A stretch of DNA of 60,599 nt, filler included, from Sphacelaria rigidula (lineage: Eukaryota), in assembly GCA_964200075.2 (NCBI GenBank). It is 4 parts of 4 records of this genome, joined end to end, with 100 filler letters (N's around TTAATTAATTAA, not from the genome) between each part and the next. Parts side by side here need not be neighbours in the genome. Positions count along the whole stretch, not along the records: positions 30,356 to 45,429 come from CAXNAA020001918.1; positions 45,530 to 60,599 come from CAXNAA020001919.1; 2 more parts are not named here. One strand, given 5' to 3'. Positions 39,390 to 51,267 of the stretch are shown here, piece by piece. Each line of letters opens with the position of its first letter. The stretch's first letter is position 1. The notes under the pieces are model-generated. The model had not been told where the DNA came from. It ran no database searches and worked only from the letters and a program-made list of their open reading frames with translations. A program made the position numbers and the translations under genes.

Positions 39390-42300
39390 CTTGGCATCTT
39401 CACGGCGCCTCTTGTCGAACTCCCTCTCCCGCGCGACCCACTTGGCATCGAATTCCCGCTCCCGCGAGGACCACCTGGCCGCAAACTCTCTTTCCCTTTC
39501 CGTCCACTTGTCATCCATCTTGCTCCTTACTACCGATGCATCCTCATCCTCCTTCATCACCTCGGCCGCTGCGACCGCTGCTGCCGAAAACGCTTGCTCA
39601 CCCCGACGCGTTTCACCCCACCCGCCGCCGCCGCCGTCAAGATCTCCCCCGCACAGCGTACACCTACCGTGCGACGCTTTCAATTTGCGCTGCTCGTTTT
39701 GCGTCGTTCGCTCGTCGATCGATGTTATCTCCGTGAGTTTCCCTCCTTCCTCACCGGTACATGTTTTGCTGTTGTTCATGTCACCGGAAGAGATGTTCGA
39801 CTTCTGAGATTTCAACACTATTGCCGTCGAAGAGACTGTTGCTGCAGAAGACAGTCGTTGTGACGGTAGGCTCGTTGACGCTCGCACTGCCGCTGCCGTC
39901 GAATTCGATGATGCTGCGGGGAAATTTGAGGGACGACCCGTCGCCACAAACCCGGCACCTGTCGCCTTAAGCTCTCTCGGAGCTGTCGTCCGTCGTCCAT
40001 CCACCCCGGCACTCGACATATCCGGCGTCGCTGTGTTGCTAGTCGGCATAGCGATGGTGGTCGCCGCTGCCTTTGCTTCTACCCCTATCACGACCACCTC
40101 CGCATCCAGGCGTGCGTCCCTTTCCCCCGCTACGGCACCCGCCTGTAGTCTCCGATTCGCATCACCGGCCTGACATTCGTTACGCCCAGTGCGGGTCGCA
40201 CCGACGACATGTCCATTTTCACCTTCGTCGCCTTCGACTGCCGCTGCGCCATGAGCGATCGTCGCGGGGTCGATCAGGCCACTCTCGATCAAGCCTTTCT
40301 CGGTAACCGTCATGCAATCGGTGGTGGAGGCGGCAGGGAGTGGTGTTGGCTTGCCCCCTTTCGTGTCTTGCATTGGCACGGCAGGATCTCGGTGATTTCG
40401 TGAAAGATTGAGGCTCGTCTTGACGACAGGGTCAACTCCGTCGCTAGCGCTGGCGATAGCGTGGGCGTCCGCCACCGCGGCAACCGACCCGGCCGGGGTC
40501 ACGGTACTGCCATGACCGTCGGTAGATAGCCACGGCAACGACTGGGCTTCTCCCTGTTCGGGCATGCCGAGCCGCTGGGTGCTCTGACGGAACGCTTGGA
40601 CGGCTTGTGCCGCGGAGGACGCGTTAGACTTCCTCGCCGAACGGGCAACATAGGAAGAATTCGGCAAAGGAAGGGACAGGGACGACGATGAAAGCGACTC
40701 GTCTGCTGGTGTCTTATCGAGCCGAGGGGTGGTGAGCGGGACATGCGAAGAGCATTCTACTCGCGGAGGGTGCGACGGTGGGGGGGGGGCAGGTGAAGTC
40801 ACTCCCACCGCACTCGCACTACCGTCATGTGTTGTGCTCCTACTGAGGCTTGCAGCCAACGGGGCCCCCGTTCTTATGGGACTGGTTCGATTCGAAATAG
40901 CCGGCGTCGAAGCATCCGGTACCGGAGCTGTTTGTCGTGCTGATGCACACTCGACCTCCCTTCCATCGTACCCGATATGGTCATCGTCTTGAGATCTTCG
41001 CCATCGCAGCCGCGGTCCAGTTGAGTGCTCCAAATGAACCTGCGCAGATGACGGCAACAGCCCATCAGAGCGGACGGGTCCGCGGCCTGATCGTCGATCC
41101 CTGGTGATCGGGGACGGGAATGCGACGCTCGAAGACGCTTCCAACTCAGATAATAAAAGCGCAGGGTTTTTTGGTTTGTTCGATTCAGTTTGAGACAACG
41201 TCGCTGTTGTCGTCGGCGCTTGCTTCGAAGGTGGTGGTGACTGTGGTAGCTGGTGGGTGTTACGGCCGGAATTCACGTCCCGAGGCCCCCCAGTACAGGC
41301 GGCGGTCTGATGCCGATGACCGCCATTAAAATCCCCAGTCTCAACGACAGAAGAGTGTTGTTGAGGGGGGAACTGAACTCGTCGAGGATCGGCGCCGATG
41401 CTACTACTGCAAGCCCGCGTGCTACTGGCGTTAAGCTCTGCCCAGAGTGCAGCAATGTCGTCACCATCATTTGCCTGTGAAGCGACATCGATCACCTGCA
41501 CTTCGCCCGACGGCTTCGACTTCTCCTCCTCCCCAGCTACGCGAGGCGGCAGCAACGACGACGACGACATGTCCAACGAAAAATCCTTGCAACCGGGATC
41601 ACCTACTACGCTCAAAGATTCGCGACGTAGAATACCCGTGGAGGTACCACGGCGGCTACCCTCCGGTTGCCCGCGCTCCAGCCGGGCGACGTCGGAAGAC
41701 TCGTGTATTTTGTAGGTCCCGCCTACTTGCCGCGTGTCCTGGTGGCCCCTGTAATTGTCTCGGGGTCGGTCGGCCCCGCGAACGCCGTCTCTGCAGCTAC
41801 CGCCACTGCCGCCGTCGCTGTTTCTAAAGGCGTCCCCGCCGGCGGCACCTTTATATGTAGTCCTGCTCACTTGGGAGCCCGGTTGTGGTCGATGTGCTTG
41901 CGGCGGGTCGTGAGCTCGCGGCGGACAGCGTGCCTGCCCCCCAGCGCGGTCACGCTTATTGCTGGCATTCCCACGGTTGCTGTTGCTACTGTTTCCATTG
42001 CTGATCACGCTGTGCCTGGCTACTGGAGACATCGACGGTCGCATCTCCTTGTTACCATCGTCGCCTGCGGCGGCGCGGTGTACTGCATCGCTGCGCCCGA
42101 CCGTTAGTCGCCGGTGGACGGTTGCAGTACCGGCATTACCCCATTCGTCTAGGGCACCGCCACCTCCATCGCCATCATCACCACCACTAACATCGTCTTC
42201 CCCATCCGGAACACCGTTTACATGATCCAAGCATTCCGCGGCGGCGGCGGCAGCGCTAGAGTAGAAACTATTGTAGTAGTGTTTCGGGCGAGCGACGACC

Positions 42301-43055
42301 GCCGTCGCGGTTCTCAAACGGTGACCATCTTCTGCAGATTTCACTTCGACCGTTCGATCACCGCCGCGCCTAAATGAGGCTGTGGGGTGCTGGTTGCCAC
42401 GGCTTCCGTCATCCGTGTCCTCCGGGGTTGTCCGTATTCGTTCTGGTACCGTGAAACCCGCGCCGGGAGGCATACCGACACCAGCGGAGACAAAAAAACT
42501 GTCGAAATCAAAAGAATCTCGTGCACCGTCGCCTCCGGGATGATTCGGTCGCGGGCATAGAAAGCGGTCGCTCCCGACGGCGTTCCCTTGACCGATGTCG
42601 ACGTTTAGCCTGTCGACAGCGTGCTCTCCTCGTCGTTCCCCCGTTCCCCCTTCACCTCGCGCGCGTGTTCGCTTGCTGCGCCCCAGTCTGCCCTCATCGA
42701 CGACGCGCCTGGCCGCGACTTCGTTCCTATCATTGCTCGCCTTCTGCTGCCGCACAAGTATGCCATCCTTATCCACACACCCGCGCCTTGACCCCCCCAT
42801 GCTGCTTGTCTTTACCCGATCCTCCGCTTTTACAGGAACACCATCGAGCCTCAGCAACTTTGGCAGCGTCTGGAGCACGATTTCACGTGGGTTTGCGCGA
42901 CCAGCGCCACCGCAGTCCGCAGTCATGACGGGGTTCAGGCGAAGGTCTAGGTCGCGGAGGTTGGACAGCTGAGTCAGGCGGTTGACCTCCCGAAAACTGG
43001 AAAGCCGATTGGAGCGGAATATTCCCGTGACGAGACACGGCAGGTGTTCGATCCC
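39390..43055 (-). CDS. CEP72: CEP72/LRRC36-like protein, 3666-bp exon (LRR + LRRcap, disordered linker, coiled-coil start)
   Basis: Acceptor TTGTCAG|GGG at 43056/43055, in frame with ORF 39258-42926. Encodes GIEHLPCL...SNRLSSFREVNRLTQLSNLRDLDLRLNPV...REIVLQTLPKLLRLDGVPV. Donor AAG|GTGACC at 39390/39389. Confidence 0.85.
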
Positions 43056-43744
43056 CTGACAACGGGCGGAAACATCGGCGTTGAGATCCGAGAGGGGCGT
43101 AACCAGTGGAGGGGGGGGTCAAGGGGGGGAGGAGTTCATGGTCAATTGGGGGCGACTTCACGCGATGAACCAGGCTTGTAGACGCTACATCGGCTGTGTA
43201 CGATCGCACAGTGTTTGCCGTCCCCCCCCCCCCTGGTGGTGAAAGCGGTACCGTACATACTGGATCGGTTAGGGCGTAAGGCTCGAGGTAAGATTTGCAC
43301 CAGATTATTTTTTTAAGGAAGTATCTGATCTCCATCGCTGAGTACGTCAGGACGTCATTAGCGAAGAAAATTTAATAGCAACCGACGCGGCGCGGTAGTG
43401 CTGATCCGCAAAAGGTAGAGCAGGGGAGTGTCGCTGAATGCTCAAGATATTCTCACAGGAGCTCTGTCACCACAAATCTCAGGTTGATTCTGATGGAAGA
43501 AGCCGAAATCAATCACCCCCGTGGTGGTGAGTCTGTCTTGATCACCTCAGCTCGACATCCCGTGCTGTCTGTAAGGGGATTCGCCTGCTTCCCGAACAAC
43601 TTCACAGGGGTCCTTGGCGTGAGATTTAGTCTTTTTTACTCGGTTTTACGGCCACGCTTTGTGCGAGAAGGCGTAGGAATGTCACTTCTGCGATAGCTCG
43701 CCTGCAAAACCAGCCCAAAACCGTCCGTAAGAAAGTGGTCGTAC

Positions 43745-43900
43745 AGCGCCTGATGTTTGATTTCAGGCTGCATGAGGCGCCTTATATGGGTGACAATGGC
43801 GAACACGAACCCAAGCGTGGGAATTCGCAGCTGCTCCTTGTGCTCGGCTTTTTCATTCCGATTTACGTGTAGATTTTGCCTCCCCAAACCAGCCACTTTT
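43745..43900 (-). repeat. Intronic dispersed repeat, inverted relative to 38727-38885
   Basis: Reverse complement aligns along ~150 bp with 38727-38885. Confidence 0.8.
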
Positions 43901-44697
43901 TTCTTTTTTTTGGGGGGGGGTATCCCCGAAAATGAATGTTGAGGACAGCAACCCCAACGATATCAGGAATCCTGACTGGTGGTTGCTATCTGTGTTACTG
44001 CGAGCGTCGTCGATGAGCGCGTCGAGTTAAATAAGTATGCTGGAAAGATCTGCCGCTGGCTCCGCGCCAGTTTGATATCGTACCCTCCATAATTGTCACT
44101 GAAAATGAAAAAAAAGAAGGAGGCTGCGATCCAGGCGCACATTGCTCGTGATCATCCTATCCTTTCAACTCCCACAGCGCACAGAACGCACTGGGTCCGT
44201 CCAGAACGCCTTGGGTCCGTCCCCGACAGTGATGCGCCAACACCTACCTGTGGCCTCAACCTACACATGGGTGAAGTTTCAGGACCATCAGACACCAGAT
44301 GCGCTGTGCCTGGACGCGTCATCTTCCAGAATACCGCCTCCATATCATCAAACGAAAACAACACTACAAAGTGAGGCAAGTCAGTGGGCGCACTAGTAGG
44401 GGGACAGAGCGATCGTCGAGAGCGGGGGGAGGCCTGTTATGATTGCGCAAGCTTAGCACTCACGGGAAGGTGGCGTTGCTGAGTGCAGGGGCGGCAGCTC
44501 GAATTTAAGATTGGATAATCCCTGCAGACTACGGATTCGTTCTGAGAGGAGGGGGCTCCAGGGTATGACGAATATATGCACTTATCCATCTAGACGAGGT
44601 TAGACACGGCAACTGTACCTGGTGCCATAATACTGCCCTTCTTCGACAATTCATTTATAGCGAATCCGACTACATGCCTAGAATGACTGGGCGGCAC

Positions 44698-44847
44698 CTG
44701 GAGCGTGGACAGACGGTTGTGTGCAAGACTGAGATGCATGAGCCTTTCCATTCCGATAAACGAGTCTTTTCCGATGTGCGATAGCCCTTCCTGCTCCAGG
44801 CCAAGGCTCTCCACCTCGGACATCGACCATCCTGACCCGTGGACGAC
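44698..44847 (-). CDS. CEP72: CEP72/LRRC36-like protein, N-terminal LRR exon
   Basis: ATACAG|GTC ... CAG|GTGCCG, 150 bp, phase 0. Encodes SEVESLGLEQEGLSHIGKDSFIGMERLMHLSLAHNRLSTLQ (LxxLxLxxNxL). The start codon/upstream exon was not identified. Confidence 0.8.
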
Positions 44848-45429
44848 CTGTATAGAAAACCCGCCCCATGAATACACAAAAAGTACGGAGTAAGTGGCGA
44901 CCGCCAAGGTATACGCGGTGGTGTCATCATCTGGTGATAAAAAGCAGGTATTTCGGGATTGATCGATGGATTTGATATGATTGGATTTTGTTTGATTGGG
45001 TGTCGCACGTTGAACGATCCGCTACGACTACAGCCATGGTCACAAGTGAAGCGTACTTGTGACACTTGGTTATTATCTGTTCCCTCGTACGACGCGTGTT
45101 TAGACAGCTCGCGACTCGCAGTAGAGCTCGCTCCTTTACCCGAAAGAGAGCTACGTGGTTAAGATTCACTTCCGAGTTGCTGTTCACGCCATGTAACCTG
45201 TACTCGAAAGAGGGGTGGGGCACTCACTTGTTGCTTGCCTTATAATAGTCGTTTGACCATTGACCACGCATCCCTTTTGAGACGGAGCATAAAAGAGGGA
45301 ATTATCTTCCTCGATCTCGCTCCTCTCTTTGGAGGGGGGGGGGGGGGGGGGTCCCATTTTTTTTCTTACCTAAAAATAGTTTTTTGACCTTTGCCCGCCC
45401 ATCCCCTTCGAGCCGGAGCAAAGAAAGGG

Positions 45430-45529
45430 NNNNNNNNNNNNNNNNNNNNNNNNNNNNNNNNNNNNNNNNNNNNTTAATTAATTAANNNNNNNNNNNNNNN
45501 NNNNNNNNNNNNNNNNNNNNNNNNNNNNN
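45430..45529. other. Artificial contig linker
   Basis: N44-TTAATTAATTAA-N44. Confidence 0.97.
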
Positions 45530-45983
45530 CTCGATTTGTACAAACATGAGGATTTCAGCCCATCTACAGGCAATTTTCTCCCGTGGATTGATTTTTTGGA
45601 CCCCAGTCCGTTGGGCAATGTTTTTCGCCTAGCTGTGAGCAAACCAGATTAATTCTCCAACTCTCTCTGGGCGTTGACTTTCGATACACCATATTATTTC
45701 CGCTGAAATCGGGACACCCCCGCATCTCCCCCGAGTTTTTTTTTTAATTCAAAAAAATCGGGGGAGATGCGGGGGTGTCCCGATTTGGGAAGAAAGGTGG
45801 TGAATCAAAAGTCAACGTCCAGAGAATCGGAGAATTGATTATCTGGTTTGCTCATAGCTAGGCGAAAAACATTGCCCAACGGACTGGGGTCCGAAAAATC
45901 AATCCACGGGAGAAAATTACCTGTGGATGGGCTGAAATCCTCATATTTTTACAAATCGAGATTCGTTGCCATAAAAGTGGGTC
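45530..45983. mobile_element. PIF/Harbinger (Tourist)-like fold-back MITE, left tip lost at contig edge
   Basis: Near-continuous palindrome centred ~45748 (AAATCGGGACACCCCCGCATCTCCCCCGA / TCGGGGGAGATGCGGGGGTGTCCCGATTT). Ends GCCATAAAAGTGGGTC|TAA. Confidence 0.85.
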
Positions 45984-48237
45984 TAATAGAGACACCTCCA
46001 ATATTGTGCATGTACTTCCTCCTCCACTTGCTGCTTTTGACCATTGACCACGCATCCTTTTTCCAAACGGAGCAGGAAAAGGAGGGGCGGGGGGAGAGGG
46101 TTCAGAGAGAACAAGGCGGCGGATACCTTTCTCTTGGTGTAACCGAAATCAATATTGAATAACAATGCCGCACATACTTTGCGCGCTGAATTATGCGCAC
46201 GGTAGAATGAACCAGCGATCTCGATCGGAAGCGGAGTTTTGTTTGATAGGTTGTCGTGGGTCCCGAGGGGCAGGGCTTGGTCCTCGAAGTTGGAGGTGAC
46301 AGGGGTGTAGGAAACGGGTGTTGCAGTGGTGATGTAGGGGGAGAAGGGTTGAAGGGAGGGGGGAGGTTCCCATTTGTTGCTCGCCTTAGTCGCTTGACCA
46401 TTGAGCACGCATTCCTTTCGAGACGAAGCACCGTTGCTACTCCCACTGTAACAGAGACACCTCAATTTTTGGGTGCTAATTACCTTTCTTCCATACATTA
46501 AACAAGAACCGATCGAAGGGGAGGGGGGCTTCACAGATAATGACACAACGGGTGCTTTTCCTCTTGGTATGACCGAATCACTGTTGAAGAGCAACGCCGC
46601 ACAGACGTTTGTGCCCCGAGATATGCGCGCAGCAGCGTCACAACGGCCATTTCGATGAAAGGCGAGTTTTCGTTAGATAGGTTATCGGGCGTGCCGCGCA
46701 CCCCACTTCTCTCACATTGCATTTTCTCTACTATTGTCATAATGACGGTGTAGCTAATGCACTGGCTGAGGTCTCTCAGTACGAGTACCAGGAGATACCA
46801 TTGGGTCCAGCTAAGCCAAGCTCTCGCGTGGGCACACCGTACGACCTATAGCTATCCATATGAACAATCACAGAGTAGGTTCATTCATGTATACTGCTGA
46901 CCGGGAACTCACGTGTTTTATAGCGTCATGTTATATCTACAAACAGCTCTCTTACTCAGTACAGCCGCGGCGCAGCCATAGGAGCAGAGCGTAGAGATGG
47001 CCCAGAGTAGAGACCAAGGCAAGCCAGTAACTGATCGAGGTGGCTCGGGGCAGCCTCTGGCTGCTCCAGAACAATCCTAACTAATAACAGTAGCAAACGC
47101 GGTAACAACGCGTCACGGAACTCAGGGTCTACGGGCAGACCCGCACAGCGTATATCTTGCAACGCCTGCGAGCTTCATCACACTATGCACGTTATCCCTG
47201 GTTTCGTTTCCTAGACGACCACAGTTTTCTGATCTCGTCAAGCCTTTGTTGGTCTCAAGCGCCCATTCAACGTCAAGACTGTATTCCCGCTGCAGAATTC
47301 TACTGACCAGGAAGATCACAGCATTCCCATAATGACAGAAGCTACTGCTGAGAGGCCAAACACGATATGAAAGGTAGAACTGATGTGAGAAAAACTCACA
47401 CAAAGATACTATAGTACCACCATTTGAAGAGTACTTTGTCTCAGCCCCCCCGCAGCAACACTACCCTTTGATTCTCGGGAAAAAAAAAAAGAGAGTGCGA
47501 TCTTTAGGAGGCGTACTCATTTGTTGTTTGCCTTAGTCGTTCGACCATTGACCACGCATCCCTTTCGAGACGGAGCATTCGATCTCTAGGGATCGATACC
47601 AGCTCCCTATGTAAAAACGACAATATAAGCACACGCCTCGAAGTTGCAGATCATCCATCTTATCCAAAATTCTAGCATACGTGAAAACTCAAAGGAAAAA
47701 CATGCGTGACACCATTTTCCCCCGAATCAGTTGCCCCTCTCTGCTTTCTGAGGAATCGCCCCCGCCCCCCCCCCAGGTTTCATCAGGATATACAACACCA
47801 AACTTGATTGATTTCAGGAAACAAGACACGAGAAGACTCCAACTAGTGCCCACATGAACAAGAAACAAGCTTCAGAGCCACGGAACAAAATAGGATTGGA
47901 AAACAACCGTTGAACACATCTCGTGAAAATATCGAAATAGGAGAAAAACAAAAGGAGGAAGAGCAAAAGAGCCCGAAACATTTGGAAGACTTCTGGTACA
48001 TGAGCTTGTGCAAGGTGAAAATAAGTGCCCAGCCGTAAACACGCAAACTCCGTATTCGACATCTCAATCACGCACTAAAGCACCACAAAATAAGTGATGT
48101 GTATGCCACAAATTCCCAAAACGAATGCAGCGATGTACAAGTCCAATGAAAAATCAACAAAACATAGTTTTTGGGAATGCTTAGCACTCTGGTAAGGGGG
48201 CTTAGCGGCACTCCCATCCCATGTACGTTTGTTTGTG

Positions 48238-50751
48238 CTACAAGCAAGGGTATCTCTTCCCGTACCAAGAACCCACCTCGAAAACAGTAAAACCCTTTTC
48301 AGCTGAGAGACCCCAGGCGGTAGACGTCCCCGATCCCATCGCAGAAACAACGTAGCCCCACCCTGGTTCCCCTAGCGTACGCATGCTGTCTGCATGGAAG
48401 GTTTCCTCGTATCCAACTCTCTGTGCCTTAGCTACGATGGACGGAGACAACGTTTTGCTCCCGGAGCATACTGATTCCATGATGAACATGGGGCGGTGGC
48501 CGGTAAGCACGGCTCCCCAGTATCCACAAGCCACGCAACGAGCAAAGTAGCTCTCCCTAACCTTGTCCAACCTAGTTTCAACCGGAAGTTCTCTCCCGAT
48601 GAGAGAACGCCCCACCAAAACTTGCAGTAACCGGATCGTTAAAACCATCGACTCCAGGGCGGCAGTCACCCCGAGAGCAACGTTCACCGACGCGAAATTC
48701 CGGGAAGTCACCACTATGATGACTTCAATGATCAGCTCAGACAAGTATGCCACAAAGCACACAACGGCGACGTCCTCTCCCTTGACCCAGATCTTCAGTA
48801 CTGCTGCGATAACTAGGGCAACCGCCCCTAATACTCCACCAGCGACGTAATTGTCGATAACCGTCAAAGCAGCCACGGCACCTAATACTGCGGCAGACGC
48901 TTCCCCAGCTAGTAGACGAACCGCTCCATCGGGCACGTGCTCTTGCCGGCTCAAAAGCCAGTGAACAGGATCCACAAAAGCAACCAACGGAGCATCTCCC
49001 GAACACCACCATATCCCGACCCAAAGCTGGGCCCATATTTCTCCGCAAACAGCCGCCGCCAAGAACACATGATACACATCAGCCTCCCAGTTCACCAAAA
49101 ACCATACCGCCGCAGCTGTATTGACCAGCCCGAGCAATCCGCTGTGTTCGGGCTTGCTGACGAAAGGCTGCTGCCTCGGAGGAATGGTGACGCGTACGAC
49201 ACGGCAGCTGCTGGAGTAAGGTCGTCCTGCTGACCTCTCGCCTCGGGTATCAAATGACAGGCCCACAACCTTGACGTCACCCTCTTCTACATAAGCCCTG
49301 TCCTTGCCAGCTCCAGGGCGTATCTTGTCCGCGAAAAATCTGGGCACGCTCCGGCCAGTCCGGCCAGTAGTAGAAGCTACGATAGGGGCGAGTGCAGGCT
49401 CTGTAACGTACCATCTGCATATTGATGAAAAGCAATCGTAAATTGTAACTCCAAAACTGCAGACTGTACTGAGGCCAAAATCTGGGTTGCGCCGGTCCCG
49501 AGGTAGGTGTGCCAGTGCGTCGAGGCATAACCACACCATTGCTGAGTACTGGTTCTGAACATGCGTGCCACGGTCCACATCATTTTTCACTTCCTTATCG
49601 TCAACGAGTCTGAACAGACACTCGAACATTTGAACGAGACCAGCCCTATCCTCGAACCTACCCATGGCATCCTCCACTCGTAGAACTGATGCTACACACG
49701 ACCTGATCGATTGCCAATTCTCATTCGAAATATTGAGCGATTTATTTTCATCGGCGACATCGAAAATATCGCGGGAGGACTCGAAGATGAGAATGGAAAT
49801 GTACGGGGGAATGAAGGCATAGTACAAACAAGCGAATACCAGAAAGAAAGTCCCCACACGAGCGCGAGTTGAGTCCGAATCCCATTTATTAACGCCTTGG
49901 TCTGTCCATTTGAGCAAACACACAGATACCACGTTTAAACCCAACGATAAGAGCGTCATACCGCTAAAAAACAAGGCAGGCTTGTATTTGGCCGCGGCTT
50001 TCCTGAATTTTATCAAGAGAGCAGTGACAATGTATGCTGGTAGGCCAATCCAGCAAAACGACACCCACCATACCCAGTCTGGGGCATCTAGCCAGTCTCG
50101 GGCGGAGATCCAAAGTGCAGGGCGTGAAGCCGTCAAAGGTATTGCGAAATACATCCAACCGGCGAGCGCCGCGTACGTGAAAAAGTACATCAGGAAGCAA
50201 GCAGCCGCTCTGGTACTACTACTGATGGTCGAGGGAACGAACGCACCGCCAAATACGAACAACAGTTCCTCTTCGGAGCTGGCCACGGTCGTCATAGGAC
50301 GCTGCTTAGATCTCCGCCTGTGGTGAACGCTGACTGGCGTGGCCAGAATGCGGCTGGCAACCTCTGCACGGGGTCGATTGTGCGTCATGATCATCTCACG
50401 TTCCTCCACGGTCTCACCGGGGCCGCAGACCCCCGGGATGCCGCCCACCATGAGCAGGTCAACCACGTCTTCGGATGTAGGCTTTCCCTTGACGACGCGC
50501 TCCCAGATCGTGTCGAGTCCTCCGATAATGTCCGATATTGATGTAGCGAACATTCTCAGTGAGGAACCGATAGATGATGCTGCTGCAATGCCGGCTTCAG
50601 CTGCGATGCCGGCGCCTGAAGCGACACCATCTTCTAAATCGATGTCTGCTTCTGATGCGATGCCGGTTTCTGGTGTGTCGATGAAGGCTTCTGCTACGAT
50701 GTCGGCCTCTGATGCGGACCCGTCTTCTGGGGGACTTGCTGAATCAGCCAT
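48238..50751 (-). CDS. Intronless multi-pass membrane protein of unknown family (837 aa)
   Basis: 2514-bp uninterrupted ATG-to-TAG ORF. Acidic N-terminal repeats, two hydrophobic clusters (~aa 180-325 and ~540-715) separated by a soluble domain. Confidence 0.8.
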   Translation of the reverse strand: MADSASPPEDGSASEADIVAEAFIDTPETGIASEADIDLEDGVASGAGIAAEAGIAAASSIGSSLRMFATSISDIIGGLDTIWERVVKGKPTSEDVVDLLMVGGIPGVCGPGETVEEREMIMTHNRPRAEVASRILATPVSVHHRRRSKQRPMTTVASSEEELLFVFGGAFVPSTISSSTRAAACFLMYFFTYAALAGWMYFAIPLTASRPALWISARDWLDAPDWVWWVSFCWIGLPAYIVTALLIKFRKAAAKYKPALFFSGMTLLSLGLNVVSVCLLKWTDQGVNKWDSDSTRARVGTFFLVFACLYYAFIPPYISILIFESSRDIFDVADENKSLNISNENWQSIRSCVASVLRVEDAMGRFEDRAGLVQMFECLFRLVDDKEVKNDVDRGTHVQNQYSAMVWLCLDALAHLPRDRRNPDFGLSTVCSFGVTIYDCFSSICRWYVTEPALAPIVASTTGRTGRSVPRFFADKIRPGAGKDRAYVEEGDVKVVGLSFDTRGERSAGRPYSSSCRVVRVTIPPRQQPFVSKPEHSGLLGLVNTAAAVWFLVNWEADVYHVFLAAAVCGEIWAQLWVGIWWCSGDAPLVAFVDPVHWLLSRQEHVPDGAVRLLAGEASAAVLGAVAALTVIDNYVAGGVLGAVALVIAAVLKIWVKGEDVAVVCFVAYLSELIIEVIIVVTSRNFASVNVALGVTAALESMVLTIRLLQVLVGRSLIGRELPVETRLDKVRESYFARCVACGYWGAVLTGHRPMFIMESVCSGSKTLSPSIVAKAQRVGYEETFHADSMRTLGEPGWGYVVSAMGSGTSTAWGLSAEKGFTVFEVGSWYGKRYPCL

Positions 50752-51267
50752 TCGGCTACTCGGCCCCTCTTAGCGTTGACGTTTGACGTATACCTGTCAT
50801 GTCCAAGCCCAGCCGGTTGTAGAAAAAAGGCATGAAAGAGAGGTCGATTCAGTAACCGCAGTTGATGGTATTCTTGAAAGCAACGCAGTACAGCAAACTA
50901 CGCCGACGGATTGACCGATAGTAAGCGGGTCAACCAAACCGCTTTCCGACCTATTTCAATGGCAGCTCATCTGTGCCCAGTTTTCAATCGTACTCAAATC
51001 ATTGGGATGGTCCGAAAAGGGACCGGGAATACCTATACATGGTATAATTGTGGTCACCGCGCGCTTCACTGACAAGAGTGGGTGGAGTTATAGTGGGAAG
51101 GGGAGGGGGGGTTGTGTCTATCGTTAGCTCCGAGCCTTACCCCCCTGCGGAGGAGAAAAAGACGACACGCTGCCTGACCAGCAGCCGGCCCCGTACGCTT
51201 TTGCGGTCAGCGCACAAAGCAGGTGTAGCAAAGCGGGGCCTCGGTGTGTGACCCTGTAGAGAAAGCC

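Larger units (their letters stand above)
45212..47578 (+). repeat. Four same-orientation ~70-bp repeat fragments (~45215, ~46030, ~46360, ~47507)
   Basis: Core CTTAGTCG.T.GACCATTGACCACGCATCCCTTTCGAGACGGAGCA. Related to 18484-18535 and to the arm at 14740. The first copy is on a different contig from the other three. Confidence 0.75.

Noticed and set aside
45215-45290. Repeated mini-exons (GTGAGT donor on the minus strand)
   Set aside because: The donor is present in only one of four copies, and the unit matches transposon-end sequence at 14740 and 18484.
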